From: an archaeon
Lineage (GTDB): Archaea; Nanobdellota; Nanobdellia; Woesearchaeales; GW2011-AR15
Length of the DNA stretch: 60,266 nucleotides
Reading direction: 5' to 3'
Assembly (NCBI GenBank): GCA_018671515.1
Contig: JABHHN010000047.1
Coordinates: 1-60,266 of the forward strand
Shown: piece after piece, positions 1 to 9,737 of the stretch
Layout: the number at the start of each line of letters is the position of its first letter
Position numbering within the stretch: the first letter of the stretch is position 1
Made by a program: the position numbers and the translations under genes
The notes under the pieces: model-generated
The model's input: the letters and a program-made list of their open reading frames with translations, nothing else
The model's database searches: none
Told to the model about the DNA's origin: nothing

Positions 1-140
1 AGTATCAAATCTAGACATCATAAAACTCAAAAAGTAGAATTTCTGACAAGAGTAATTGCATTTAATATAGATCGATTGATAAGATTGAACAAAAAAGTTA
101 TTCTGATAATAATCAGAATAACAAGGGTTTCATATTAGCC
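1..140 (+). mobile_element. 3' end of an IS5-like insertion sequence (DDE transposase C-terminus, stop at 136-138, probable right terminal inverted repeat ending ...TTTCATATTAGCC at 140)
   Basis: Frame 1 from base 1 reads SIKSRHHKTQKVEFLTRVIAFNIDRLIRL...RVSY*, resembling the R-x4-Q-x2-E...(Y/F)N C-terminus of IS5-family transposases. The stop lies inside a terminus ending in GCC, as in IS5/IS903-type ends. The left end is outside the window. Confidence 0.6.
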
Positions 141-816
141 AATAAATGAAATAAATTTTAATAGTTTAACTTACCAAGATAAAATAGATTTGCTTATTAA
201 AATTTCAGAAGTACTTGATGAAATGGATAATACAGATTCTAAAATATTAGACCATAATATTTTATTTGAAATATTTGATTTAGATAATGACAATATTAAT
301 AATCAAAAAGAATGTGAATATGGCACAAATCCATTTGAAATATTAATTGAAGTTGAAGATACTCCTATTGAAGTAACTGAACCAATAGACATAGAAACTA
401 TTGTAGAACCACTAAATGAAGCAGAACCTAAAGAGGAAGAAGATAAAATTGTAAATGAACTAAAAGTTGAAATTTTAAATAAACTTGAAATATCTGAAAG
501 TTGTTTCAATTATAATGAAGATTATTTATATAATGAAATTTTTTTACATAAATTTTTAGTTTGGTATATTAATACTCATGAATATCCTGACTATTTAACA
601 GAAATAAATGATTTGCAAATTATTGATGGAACAATGGATATTATTGAACAACTAGAAATAGAATTTAACAAAATTAATTTTCTAATAGGGGAAATTCAAA
701 CTAACGTAAATGAAAATCATTTTTTAAATTTAGATAATGATAAACATACCAATCTTGAAGAATGTACTTGTGCAACTAACCCTTTTGATCCAAATAAATT
801 TTGTGAAACTATATAA
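139..816 (+). pseudogene. 3' part of an acidic hypothetical protein, apparently decapitated by the IS insertion
   Basis: The frame of ORF 190..816 is open back to 139 (PINEINFNSLTYQDKIDLLIK...) with no ATG before the IS end. The product is very Glu/Asp/Asn-rich; no family recognised. Confidence 0.5.
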
Positions 817-880
817 TAAATTTTATTTTTAAAATATTTATATTTTTTCTTAATTTATTATTATTTTAAATCATACAATA

Positions 881-918
881 CGACTCTGTCGCATATGTAC
901 TTGCAAGCATTAGCTTGC
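881..918. repeat. GC-rich double-hairpin intergenic element (copy 1)
   Basis: CGAC-TCT-GTCG (881-891) then GCAAGC-ATTA-GCTTGC (903-918) in otherwise AT-rich DNA; same layout at 10902 and 44951. Confidence 0.55.
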
Positions 919-1053
919 CATATAATTAAAATTAATAATAAAAATTCACCAAATAATTTTTGTACATACTTTAAAATCATTCTCAAAATCAAAAGGTTTA
1001 TATATTCTTATTTTCTGTATTTTATTCATATTATATAATATTTTATCTGCATT

Positions 1054-1080
1054 TTCAGATATTTTTTCTGAATTTCAGAA
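1054..1080. promoter_or_regulatory. Overlapping inverted repeats upstream of the AbrB-family gene (candidate operator)
   Basis: TTCAGA-N7-TCTGAA (1054-1072) overlapping TTCTGAA-T-TTCAGAA (1066-1080), 16 bp before the ATG at 1097. Confidence 0.4.
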
Positions 1081-1096
1081 TTTAAACTAGCCAAAC

Positions 1097-1387
1097 ATGA
1101 AAAAATACCCAAAAGTAATCCAGCCCGATAGTCGTGGACAAATTGTCATTCCAAAAGACATACGCTCTGAGCTTGGAATTGATGAATCCACGGCATTCTG
1201 GATCTATTCTATAACTAACGAAGGTATTTTATTAAAAAAAGTTGATACACCAAATCTATCAAAAAATGATAAGATCATAAAAGAAATTTCTGATAAATCT
1301 AAAAAAATCAAAATTGATAAAAAAAATATCGATAAAACTATCAAACAATATAAGAAAACAAAAGATGGGAATCTGGATTTAATATGA
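1097..1387 (+). CDS. AbrB/MazE/SpoVT-family DNA-binding protein
   Basis: DSRGQIVIPKDIRSELGI...GILLKK swapped-hairpin signature; stop overlaps the next ATG (ATGA). Confidence 0.85.
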   Translation: MKKYPKVIQPDSRGQIVIPKDIRSELGIDESTAFWIYSITNEGILLKKVDTPNLSKNDKIIKEISDKSKKIKIDKKNIDKTIKQYKKTKDGNLDLI

Positions 1388-4300
1388 GATATAAAAAAAT
1401 TATAAGAAATATTGTAGCAACAATCCTTATCATCTCATTATTAGTCTTTGCTGTAAGAGCAGTACAGACACCTGCACTTTGGGGATTACCTACTGAAGTA
1501 AATAGCTCAACACAATATATAGTAGGATATTTCAATGAAACTGGAATGGTCAATGTTTCATTAAGAGGAAATGGTCAAGCAATACCATATTTTGAAGAAA
1601 ACCAAACTACACTACAAAATACAATTAGAGTTGCAACTTGTAGTGTTAAATTAGGAAGTGGAACTGGATTGGAAGGAACAAATGCTGCTCTTTTAGAAAA
1701 TTGTGATGATGCTAATAGTATAACTGCATCAACATTTGTAAAGTTCACAACACATAATAAAACTAATTTCTTTTATTATGATATTACTTCCACTTATGGT
1801 GGGGGGCTTAATGCAGTAAATATTAATATTCAAGACCCACTAGAAGCAGATTTATCTGAAGGAGAATTAGCTCACATATATAATTTAAAATATCCAAGAG
1901 GATTTTTCAATGTAAGTGTATCATTCAACCTAGGTGATTCATATGTGTCTGTATTTGCTGAAAACTCCACAGGAAGCCTTTCAGCAAATGAAGAATTTGG
2001 ACCTATCACCTATTCATCCCCAGTAAGTCTTAGTATTTATGATGATTCAGATTTAGGATCTGCTACTATTGCAAATAATACAATAAGATTCTATGGGAAT
2101 TATTCAAATACAACAGATGGAACAATCATTTCAGGATCAATATGTAATATTACATATTCTGATAATTTATCTGCTTTGATGAGCCAATCGTCAAATCTTT
2201 TCATATATGACAGACAATTTGAAGAAATTGGAACCTACACTTACAATATATCTTGCAATATAAATGATTTATATAATAAATCTGCATCAGGTTCAATTGA
2301 AATTTCAGCATCTCTTGCTCAACCAATTTTAGCAGAAATCCCATCAGTTGTAAATAATGAAAGTTTGAATGTATATGGTTTTGCAAATAGTTCATTAGTG
2401 ACATTTAGAATCTATTCTGGAACCTCTGAATCATCAACAAATGTTGGAAGTTCTACTGAAAACTCTATTGGTTCAAAAGTATATGAAGGAACAACTATTG
2501 GAACTACTACAATAAAACTTCCTCAATCTACAAATGGAAATGTAGCTATTGGAAAAAATCTACAATTCGATGACCACTTAAGAAGCAATGCATTAAGATA
2601 TAATATTACATCAGTATATGATCATCCTTCACAATATTATATTGAAGTAAATGTATCTCCTGCACTTGAACAAGTTATTTCAACTAATGAGAATGTTTTC
2701 ATCTTTGAGGATAATACACCACTTGGATGGTTAAATGCTTCCATTACTTTAGAAAATGAAGGGAATAATTCAATCTCAGGATATAATAATCAGACATCCA
2801 ATGGGCCTGCTACTGATGATCAAATTGTTTTCTTAGATACTACAAATCCAAATATATTAGGAAATACTACAGGTACATCAACAAATAGTTTCACTTTTAC
2901 CTACTATGCGTCAGACAATTATAACATAAATATTTCAAAATCATATGTGAATATATCAGGAACAATAAGTAATATGTCTGATGACTGTTCAAAAATTTCA
3001 GAAATATATATCTGTTCAAGACCTATAAATTTTGCAGATGGGACATATTCCGTTTTTTATAATATAATAGATTTTGTAAATAATACATTTACTGCAACAA
3101 CTACACTTATTGTTGATACATCTGCAACAAATATCACTGAAATAAATGATACAGGAGACATTATAACATCTAAATTTTTAAATGCAACTTGGACACCTTA
3201 TACTGATCCAGAAACAAGTCTTAATTATTATGAATATTATGTAGGAACTGCACAATATCCAAATATTGGATGGAATGCAACATATGGACCAATACAAACA
3301 ACTTATACAAATGCATCTGCAGGACCTTTGAATTTAATTCATGCAAATGTATATTATTTTAATGTCAGAGCTTATACAGATATTGAATCATACACAGGAT
3401 TCACAACAAGTGATGGTATTGTATATGTTGATGAAACAGCTCCAACTTTACCAACAATCAGCGATAATGGTGCTTATACCTATTCAAATTCACAACTATA
3501 TGCATCTTGGAATAGTACTGATAATGAAAGTGGAATTTCAAACTATGATATCTCCATTGGTACTGCACAATATCCAAATACTGGATGGAATGATTTATTA
3601 AATGAGAGTGTTGGACAAATAAGTTCTAAAACATTTTCTGTAACTCTAATCCAAAATGAAACATATTATTTCACAGTCAGAGCACAAAATAGTTGGGGAG
3701 CAGTCTCACAACGTACTTCATCAAATGGAATCAAAGTTGATACAACAGCACCAATTGATGGATCAATCAACTATACATTAGGAGATGCAACCTCAAATAA
3801 TGTAACTATATACATAAATGAAGGAGTAGATCCTGAAAGTGGAATCAAGAAGTCACAAATATATCTTGCAAAACTTGCATATCTGAGCGGTGAATGTTCA
3901 GGATTATACATATATGATGAATTCCTTGCAACTGTAACAGGATTAGAAACCTTAAATACAACAATAGATAATGGTTATTGTTATAAATTCAAATTGATAG
4001 TAGAAAATAATGCTGGTTTGAACAGTGAATATTATTATTATGATGATATTTTCAATCAAACATTAAATGTAGATATTTCTCCTCCTGAAGATTTTATCGT
4101 ACTAGATGATGGTGCAGTCACATATGATGGAACTATGCTTCATGCAGATTGGAATGAAACAAATGACAACGAATCAGGAATTGCAAATTATAAATATAGG
4201 ATTCAATATTCATTAAATAATGGTCCTCAACAGACATTAATAGATTGGACTAATAATGGAATAATAAGTGAATTTACTGAATATTTTTCATTAAATCATA

Positions 4301-7104
4301 CTAATATTTCACATCAATATAAATATTATTTTGAAGTCACTGCAACAAATGGTGTTGGATTAAATACAACTGCAACAAGTGATGGTATTATTTATCTTGA
4401 CATATATCCTCCATCTACAAATTTAATTAGTGTCGAAGATGATACAATTGCACCTTATAATGTAGTAACACTTGGAAATATATTAATAAATGTAAGTGGT
4501 GAAGAAAACATGAATTGTGTTTATTCACCCTACGATATAGATTATTCTGATAGCCAACCTAGTTGTATTACAATTGGCAATATTACTTCATGTAATTTGA
4601 ATGTGACACATGGAACCAATACATTTTATGTAATCTGTGAAGATTCTAATGGAAATGGACAAGACTATGATGAAAATATAAAAATTACATTCACTGCTTT
4701 TGTTCTTGAAGAAATTAATCAAATTGTTAATATTGATTCTATTGAACCATTAACAATAACATATCTAAATTCAACTGGAAATCAATTTGCTCAATATTCA
4801 TCAAATACCCAATTCAATGCAAGTGTTTTCACACCATATCTTTATTATGTATTAATTGAAAGTCAAAATGGATCTTTTTCCGGAACAGTGCTTGACACAA
4901 ATCTAAGTGTAACTCCTGAACTAAATATTAGTGCAACATATATTAATATTTCAGAAATATCTAATAATAACACAGAAGTTGGAAATTCAAGTTTCAGATA
5001 TGTTGTTAGAGATGCATATGGTATGCAAATCAATAGTACACACACTGGAAATTATCAAATTACATTTAATTATACAGGTGTAAGTGTTACAAATGAAAAT
5101 GCGCTTGAAATATTTGAATATGAATATGATTTTAATACAAATCAAATAGATTATACAAAATACACACATCATTCTAGTCCAACAAGAAATACAAATGCTA
5201 ATCTAGTTACTTCTACAACTAATGATTTTTCTGTCTTTGTCCTTGTCGAAGATTCACAAGAACAAGAAATTTGTGATGATAATATAGACAATGATGGTGA
5301 TGGTAGTACTGATGAAGGATGTACAGTAGTAAGTACTAGTAATTCAGGAGGAGGAGGAAGCAGTAATGATGATGATGATGACACACCATCAAGACGTGGA
5401 GGTGGATCAGGAGGTCCAGTAATTTCATTAAAACCTACATGTACAGACAAAAAAATGAACCAAGATGAATCAGATATTGATTGTGGAGGAACAAATTGTG
5501 ATGCATGTAATTTATCAAAATCATGTTCTACACACACTGATTGTTCAAGTGGTTATTGTAATGTTGAAACACTTATCTGTGAAGAAGCTACTTGTTTTGA
5601 TAATGTATTAAATCAAGATGAAGAAGAAATTGATTGTGGTGGAGAAACTTGTGAACAATGTATGCGTTGTGATGATGGTATAAAAAATTATGGAGAATTA
5701 GAAATTGATTGTGGTGGACCATGTAGATCTTGTGCTACTTGTTTTGATAATGTAAAAAATCAAGGTGAAATAGACACAGATTGTGGTGGACCCTGTAAAG
5801 TATGTGGCACATGTTATGATTTTAAGAAAAATAATGATGAAGAAGATATTGATTGTGGTGGAAGTTGTGATCCTTGTACCCCTATTAGTGAAGAAAGTCC
5901 AAAAGATACTCAATTCCCAATAATATCAATGATTGCTGCATTCTTAATAATAGGTGGACTTGCAATTATATATGCAATGAAATCTATGCACAAACATGAA
6001 GAAATTGTTCCTCAAGTGCTTATTCAAGAACCAATCATAGAACCTAAATTTGCACCAATAATCCACATACCTGAAATAATTGAAGTCACTGATGACACAA
6101 TACTTAAATTGCAAAGATATGTAAATTATTCCCTTGCAATGGAAAAAACAAAAGGTGAAATATTTGATTATCTTAAAAATCTATCATGGGATGAAGAAGT
6201 AATTGATAACCTAATAAAAGATGCAGGAGATCCAACAATCATAAAAGATATGTTGAATATGGAAAATTATATTGCTAATCTATATATGATGCACGTCACA
6301 TCTGAAAAAATTAAAAGAGAACTTTTAAAAAACGGATGGGACAAAATATTGATAGATGCATCAATGGCAAATATTGGACTTGTCTCTGACAAAGAAAAAT
6401 TAGATTCTTTTGTACATGAAGAATTAAAATCTGGAAAAGATAGTGAAGAAATCATAGAATTTTTAAAATCAATTGGTTGGCCAAAAAAAATTTTAACAAA
6501 ATCAATAATAGATTCACAAAATAGATTTAAAAAAGACAAAAATGAAATAGATAAGACAATAAAAAGAATGGTTGAAAAAGGAAAATCTATTGAAAAAATA
6601 AAAGAAAAATTAGAGGAGATGGGTTTTGAAGAAGATTTTATCAATCATCTTTTACAAAATTATAGTATTGAAAGAAATATTGAAGTAATAAAAGCATATG
6701 TTAATAATGAATTAAAAAAAGGAATATTAATTGGAGACATCAAAGACAGCTTAATAAAAAAAGGATGGGCTATAGATGTGATAAATAGTGTTATAGAATC
6801 TGAATTTTTGATGAAAGACATGTCTAAATTATTAGAACTTGAAAAATATATGGATGCTAAATTTGAGAAAGGAGAAACTAAAGAAGAAGTAACAAAAGAT
6901 CTTCTAAAAAAGAAATGGGCCGATGAATACATAGACATAGTCATGTTAAAAGTTCACATTATTGATGATAAGACTGACAAAATAAAACAATACGTAAATA
7001 TTAGATTGAAAAAAGGAGATGCAAAGAAAAAAATTGAAGATATTCTTGTATCAATTGGTTGGTCAAGAAGATTAATAAAAGACATATTAGAAAATAAAAT
7101 CTAA
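1384..7104 (+). CDS. Giant membrane-anchored cell-surface protein (signal peptide, Ig/FN3-like repeats, Cys-rich repeats, one TM helix, cytoplasmic helical repeats)
   Basis: N-terminal hydrophobic signal; many N-x-S/T sequons; three or more D(T/E)TAP...ESGI...YYFxVxA...SDGI modules; EICDDNIDNDGDGSTDEGC motif; Gly/Ser/Asp linker; five DCGG repeats; TM ISMIAAFLIIGGLAIIYAM; seven ...L..xGW...I repeats. Confidence 0.85.
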   Translation: MRYKKIIRNIVATILIISLLVFAVRAVQTPALWGLPTEVNSSTQYIVGYFNETGMVNVSLRGNGQAIPYFEENQTTLQNTIRVATCSVKLGSGTGLEGTNAALLENCDDANSITASTFVKFTTHNKTNFFYYDITSTYGGGLNAVNINIQDPLEADLSEGELAHIYNLKYPRGFFNVSVSFNLGDSYVSVFAENSTGSLSANEEFGPITYSSPVSLSIYDDSDLGSATIANNTIRFYGNYSNTTDGTIISGSICNITYSDNLSALMSQSSNLFIYDRQFEEIGTYTYNISCNINDLYNKSASGSIEISASLAQPILAEIPSVVNNESLNVYGFANSSLVTFRIYSGTSESSTNVGSSTENSIGSKVYEGTTIGTTTIKLPQSTNGNVAIGKNLQFDDHLRSNALRYNITSVYDHPSQYYIEVNVSPALEQVISTNENVFIFEDNTPLGWLNASITLENEGNNSISGYNNQTSNGPATDDQIVFLDTTNPNILGNTTGTSTNSFTFTYYASDNYNINISKSYVNISGTISNMSDDCSKISEIYICSRPINFADGTYSVFYNIIDFVNNTFTATTTLIVDTSATNITEINDTGDIITSKFLNATWTPYTDPETSLNYYEYYVGTAQYPNIGWNATYGPIQTTYTNASAGPLNLIHANVYYFNVRAYTDIESYTGFTTSDGIVYVDETAPTLPTISDNGAYTYSNSQLYASWNSTDNESGISNYDISIGTAQYPNTGWNDLLNESVGQISSKTFSVTLIQNETYYFTVRAQNSWGAVSQRTSSNGIKVDTTAPIDGSINYTLGDATSNNVTIYINEGVDPESGIKKSQIYLAKLAYLSGECSGLYIYDEFLATVTGLETLNTTIDNGYCYKFKLIVENNAGLNSEYYYYDDIFNQTLNVDISPPEDFIVLDDGAVTYDGTMLHADWNETNDNESGIANYKYRIQYSLNNGPQQTLIDWTNNGIISEFTEYFSLNHTNISHQYKYYFEVTATNGVGLNTTATSDGIIYLDIYPPSTNLISVEDDTIAPYNVVTLGNILINVSGEENMNCVYSPYDIDYSDSQPSCITIGNITSCNLNVTHGTNTFYVICEDSNGNGQDYDENIKITFTAFVLEEINQIVNIDSIEPLTITYLNSTGNQFAQYSSNTQFNASVFTPYLYYVLIESQNGSFSGTVLDTNLSVTPELNISATYINISEISNNNTEVGNSSFRYVVRDAYGMQINSTHTGNYQITFNYTGVSVTNENALEIFEYEYDFNTNQIDYTKYTHHSSPTRNTNANLVTSTTNDFSVFVLVEDSQEQEICDDNIDNDGDGSTDEGCTVVSTSNSGGGGSSNDDDDDTPSRRGGGSGGPVISLKPTCTDKKMNQDESDIDCGGTNCDACNLSKSCSTHTDCSSGYCNVETLICEEATCFDNVLNQDEEEIDCGGETCEQCMRCDDGIKNYGELEIDCGGPCRSCATCFDNVKNQGEIDTDCGGPCKVCGTCYDFKKNNDEEDIDCGGSCDPCTPISEESPKDTQFPIISMIAAFLIIGGLAIIYAMKSMHKHEEIVPQVLIQEPIIEPKFAPIIHIPEIIEVTDDTILKLQRYVNYSLAMEKTKGEIFDYLKNLSWDEEVIDNLIKDAGDPTIIKDMLNMENYIANLYMMHVTSEKIKRELLKNGWDKILIDASMANIGLVSDKEKLDSFVHEELKSGKDSEEIIEFLKSIGWPKKILTKSIIDSQNRFKKDKNEIDKTIKRMVEKGKSIEKIKEKLEEMGFEEDFINHLLQNYSIERNIEVIKAYVNNELKKGILIGDIKDSLIKKGWAIDVINSVIESEFLMKDMSKLLELEKYMDAKFEKGETKEEVTKDLLKKKWADEYIDIVMLKVHIIDDKTDKIKQYVNIRLKKGDAKKKIEDILVSIGWSRRLIKDILENKI
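5479..5862 (+). repeat. Five coding N-x-x-E-x-x-x-D-C-G-G-x(1-2)-C-x-x-C repeats
   Basis: DCGG codons start at 5479, 5632, 5707, 5779 and 5851 (spacing 153, 75, 72, 72 nt). Confidence 0.9.
6115..7089 (+). repeat. Seven ~34-aa helical repeats (Y/F-x...G-x-x-x-E-x-I...L-x-x-x-G-W...I) in the cytoplasmic tail
   Basis: RYVNY..LSWDEEVI, NYIAN..NGWDKILI, SFVHE..IGWPKKIL, KTIKR..MGFEEDFI, AYVNN..KGWAIDVI, KYMDA..KKWADEYI, QYVNI..IGWSRRLI. Confidence 0.85.
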
Positions 7105-7109
7105 AAAAA

Positions 7110-7640
7110 TTATATTAATACAGGTCTCATCCCATATGCTGGTTTTGGTTGCTCATGCCTAGGATGAAAAGTTGGTTTTAACTCTTTTAATCTTTCAGTT
7201 AATTCTTTATATCCCCATTTAAATGCATCTTTTGCATGAACATAATGATGAGTCATAGTCATTGTAGGAAAAAGATCTGTTATTCCTAAAGGCGCAATTT
7301 CTTCAACTGCTCCTATTGTTTTTATTATTTTTTTCTCTACAAAATTTAATTCTTCACCATATAATTTTTCTATTTGTCTATTCTGATATACTGCAAAACC
7401 TAAATCTGCTATAACTTCAGCAGCTACCATTTCAGGTCCTAGAAGATATAATGCTCCTGTTGCTGCACCTAAGCCATCTACATATAACGCTTTTGCAAAT
7501 CTTGGATCATTATAAGTATCATGACGATTTTTATCTACTGTTTCCCCATATACTTGAATTGCAGTAGCTATTCTTGGAAACTTCTCTTTTGTTTTTTCGT
7601 ATAATTTTTCTGTGATTTTAGTTAAGCCCATTTGTCTCAC
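7110..7640 (-). CDS. Hypothetical protein
   Basis: 176-aa ORF filling the gap, protein-like composition with a short hydrophobic segment; no family recognised. Confidence 0.6.
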   Translation of the reverse strand: MRQMGLTKITEKLYEKTKEKFPRIATAIQVYGETVDKNRHDTYNDPRFAKALYVDGLGAATGALYLLGPEMVAAEVIADLGFAVYQNRQIEKLYGEELNFVEKKIIKTIGAVEEIAPLGITDLFPTMTMTHHYVHAKDAFKWGYKELTERLKELKPTFHPRHEQPKPAYGMRPVLI

Positions 7641-7753
7641 CTTTTATTAATTATAATATATATAAAGACACCACAATATTAGAAAGTTTGTTACTAATTT
7701 TTATGATATTCAATAATTTTATATATTAATTATTAATATTTAATAAATATAAA

Positions 7754-8788
7754 ATGAATAATTACGGATTATTAGGAAGAATAGACGAGAATTTAGTAGA
7801 AAAAAGAAAAAAACTTGATATCAAAGATAAAAAAATATTATGTTATCTTTCTGAAGACTGTAGAATTCCTTTAACACATCTAAAAAAAGAGATTCAATTG
7901 TCCCGTGATGGAATTAATTATAGAATAAAAAATATGCTTAAACAAAAACTGATAATTCAATTTATACCAAGAATAAATTTTAGAAGTTTGAACTATTATG
8001 ATTTTCATGTCTTTTTTAACATACATGAAAAAAATATTGATGAAAAAAAAGAATTCATAAACTATCTTAAATCTAAAAATTACGTAAGAAAAATAATGGA
8101 ATATAGTGGTAGATATTCCATTGAGATTGTAATATTAGCACAAAATATAGTTGAATTTGACAAATATATTTCAGATTTAAGCGATAATAGTATAATTGCA
8201 CAAAAAGAAAAAATGCAGATAATAAAAGGGTATATTTCTAGTCACCTACCAAAACAAATTTTTAATGATGTAAAATTAAGACAAATTAGAAAATACAAAC
8301 CTTTTGAAATTCAAAAAATTGATTCAAAAGATATGAAAATATTAAAAATATTGTCATATGATGCAAGAATTCCCTATTATAATATTGCACAAAAAATCAA
8401 CTTAAGCGGAGAAGCAACAAAATACAGAATTGAAAAATTAAAAAAAAATACAATAAGAAAATTTTCATGTCTTGTAAATTTAAGTATGATGAATTACCAT
8501 TGGTTTACAGTTTTAATTAAAACAAAAAAATTCAATTCAGATTATGAAAAAAAATTACGAAAAATAATTGAATATAATCCAAATATACTAAAAGTTGTAA
8601 AAACATTAGGAAGTTGGGATTTTATATTATATATTGTAGCAAATAATCATAGACATTTTCATGAGACAATGAAAGAAATCATTCATGAATTATCTGAGAC
8701 TATATCAAACTATGAAACATTACTTGCTTACAAAGAACACATGTATAATCCAATGCCACAAATAATAAGTAAAGTATTTAATAAATGA
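7754..8788 (+). CDS. Tandem (two-unit) Lrp/AsnC-family transcriptional regulator
   Basis: Two LD.KD.KIL..L..D.RIP...I...I.LS.E...YRI HTH units, each followed by a RAM-like domain. Confidence 0.85.
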   Translation: MNNYGLLGRIDENLVEKRKKLDIKDKKILCYLSEDCRIPLTHLKKEIQLSRDGINYRIKNMLKQKLIIQFIPRINFRSLNYYDFHVFFNIHEKNIDEKKEFINYLKSKNYVRKIMEYSGRYSIEIVILAQNIVEFDKYISDLSDNSIIAQKEKMQIIKGYISSHLPKQIFNDVKLRQIRKYKPFEIQKIDSKDMKILKILSYDARIPYYNIAQKINLSGEATKYRIEKLKKNTIRKFSCLVNLSMMNYHWFTVLIKTKKFNSDYEKKLRKIIEYNPNILKVVKTLGSWDFILYIVANNHRHFHETMKEIIHELSETISNYETLLAYKEHMYNPMPQIISKVFNK

Positions 8789-8806
8789 TAAATTAAAATA
8801 TATAAA

Positions 8807-9538
8807 ATGAAAATCCTATATACAAAAAATAAAAAAAACAAGAAATATCTAATAAAAGATACAGAAAAAGATTATCATAGTCAATATGGACTTATCAAAT
8901 CTGAAGACATAAAAAAATCAAACCCAGGTGATATCCTAACAAGTAATATTAATGAAAAATTCACCATCCTTGATGCGGGATTTCTCGATAAATATTTTAA
9001 AATTAAAAGAGGACCACAAATTATCCCATTAAAAGATATTGGATCAATTATTACAATGACTGGAATAAATAAAAATTCAATTGTCCTTGAAGCAGGTGGA
9101 GGAAGCGGTGGATTGACATGTATTCTTGGTCACCTCTGCAAAAAAGTATACTCTTATGACATAAGAGATGATTTTCAAGAAATTGTCAAAAAAAATATAG
9201 AATTTCTTGGATTAAAAAACGTAAAAATTAAAAAAGGGAGCATCTATGAAAATATTAAAGAAAGAGAAATTGATATGATTTCTCTTGATTGTCCAGAACC
9301 TTGGAAAGCCATAAATACAGTCAATGATGCATTGAAAATTGGAGGATATATTGTATCTTATTCACCAACAATAATACAAACTGCTGATATGGTCAATAAT
9401 ATGATTGATAATTTTTTACACTTAAAAACAATTGAAATTATAGAAAGAGAATGGGAAGTAATTGATAGAAAAGTAAGACCTAAATCTGTTGGAATTGGTC
9501 ATAGTGGATTCCTATCATTTTTTAGAAAATTGTCCTAA
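8807..9538 (+). CDS. trmI: tRNA (adenine-N1)-methyltransferase, TrmI/GCD14 family
   Basis: KRGPQIIPLKD, VLEAGGGSGGLT, YDIRDDF, ISLDCPEPW, YSPTIIQ, REWEV...RP...GHSGFL. Confidence 0.9.
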   Translation: MKILYTKNKKNKKYLIKDTEKDYHSQYGLIKSEDIKKSNPGDILTSNINEKFTILDAGFLDKYFKIKRGPQIIPLKDIGSIITMTGINKNSIVLEAGGGSGGLTCILGHLCKKVYSYDIRDDFQEIVKKNIEFLGLKNVKIKKGSIYENIKEREIDMISLDCPEPWKAINTVNDALKIGGYIVSYSPTIIQTADMVNNMIDNFLHLKTIEIIEREWEVIDRKVRPKSVGIGHSGFLSFFRKLS

Positions 9539-9548
9539 AAAAAATAAA

Positions 9549-9737
9549 ATGACAAAAGACATAATTGAAGATAAACTTCAAAAAGATTTAACAAAAATGG
9601 AGAATAAAAAAGGCTCTCTAATAGAACATTTTACAGATTCATTTCTTAATACTTTCCTTGATAAAACTTTCTTTAGAATATTCTTTGTATTAGTTGCAAT
9701 ATTTTTATTATTGATATTTATATTATTGTTAAAATAA
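9549..9737 (+). CDS. Small membrane protein (C-terminal TM helix)
   Basis: ATG at 9549 just after trmI; charged N-terminus and hydrophobic C-terminus FFRIFFVLVAIFLLLIFILLL. Confidence 0.55.
   Translation: MTKDIIEDKLQKDLTKMENKKGSLIEHFTDSFLNTFLDKTFFRIFFVLVAIFLLLIFILLLK

Noticed and set aside
136-141. Pyrrolysine/read-through at the transposase TAG into ORF 139..816
   Set aside because: In-frame insertion occurs by chance one time in three; the stop lies in the IS terminus; no pyl genes seen.
5341-5415. GGA/GAT trinucleotide runs as a contingency microsatellite
   Set aside because: Interrupted, in-frame and encoding the Gly/Ser/Asp linker usual in archaeal surface proteins.
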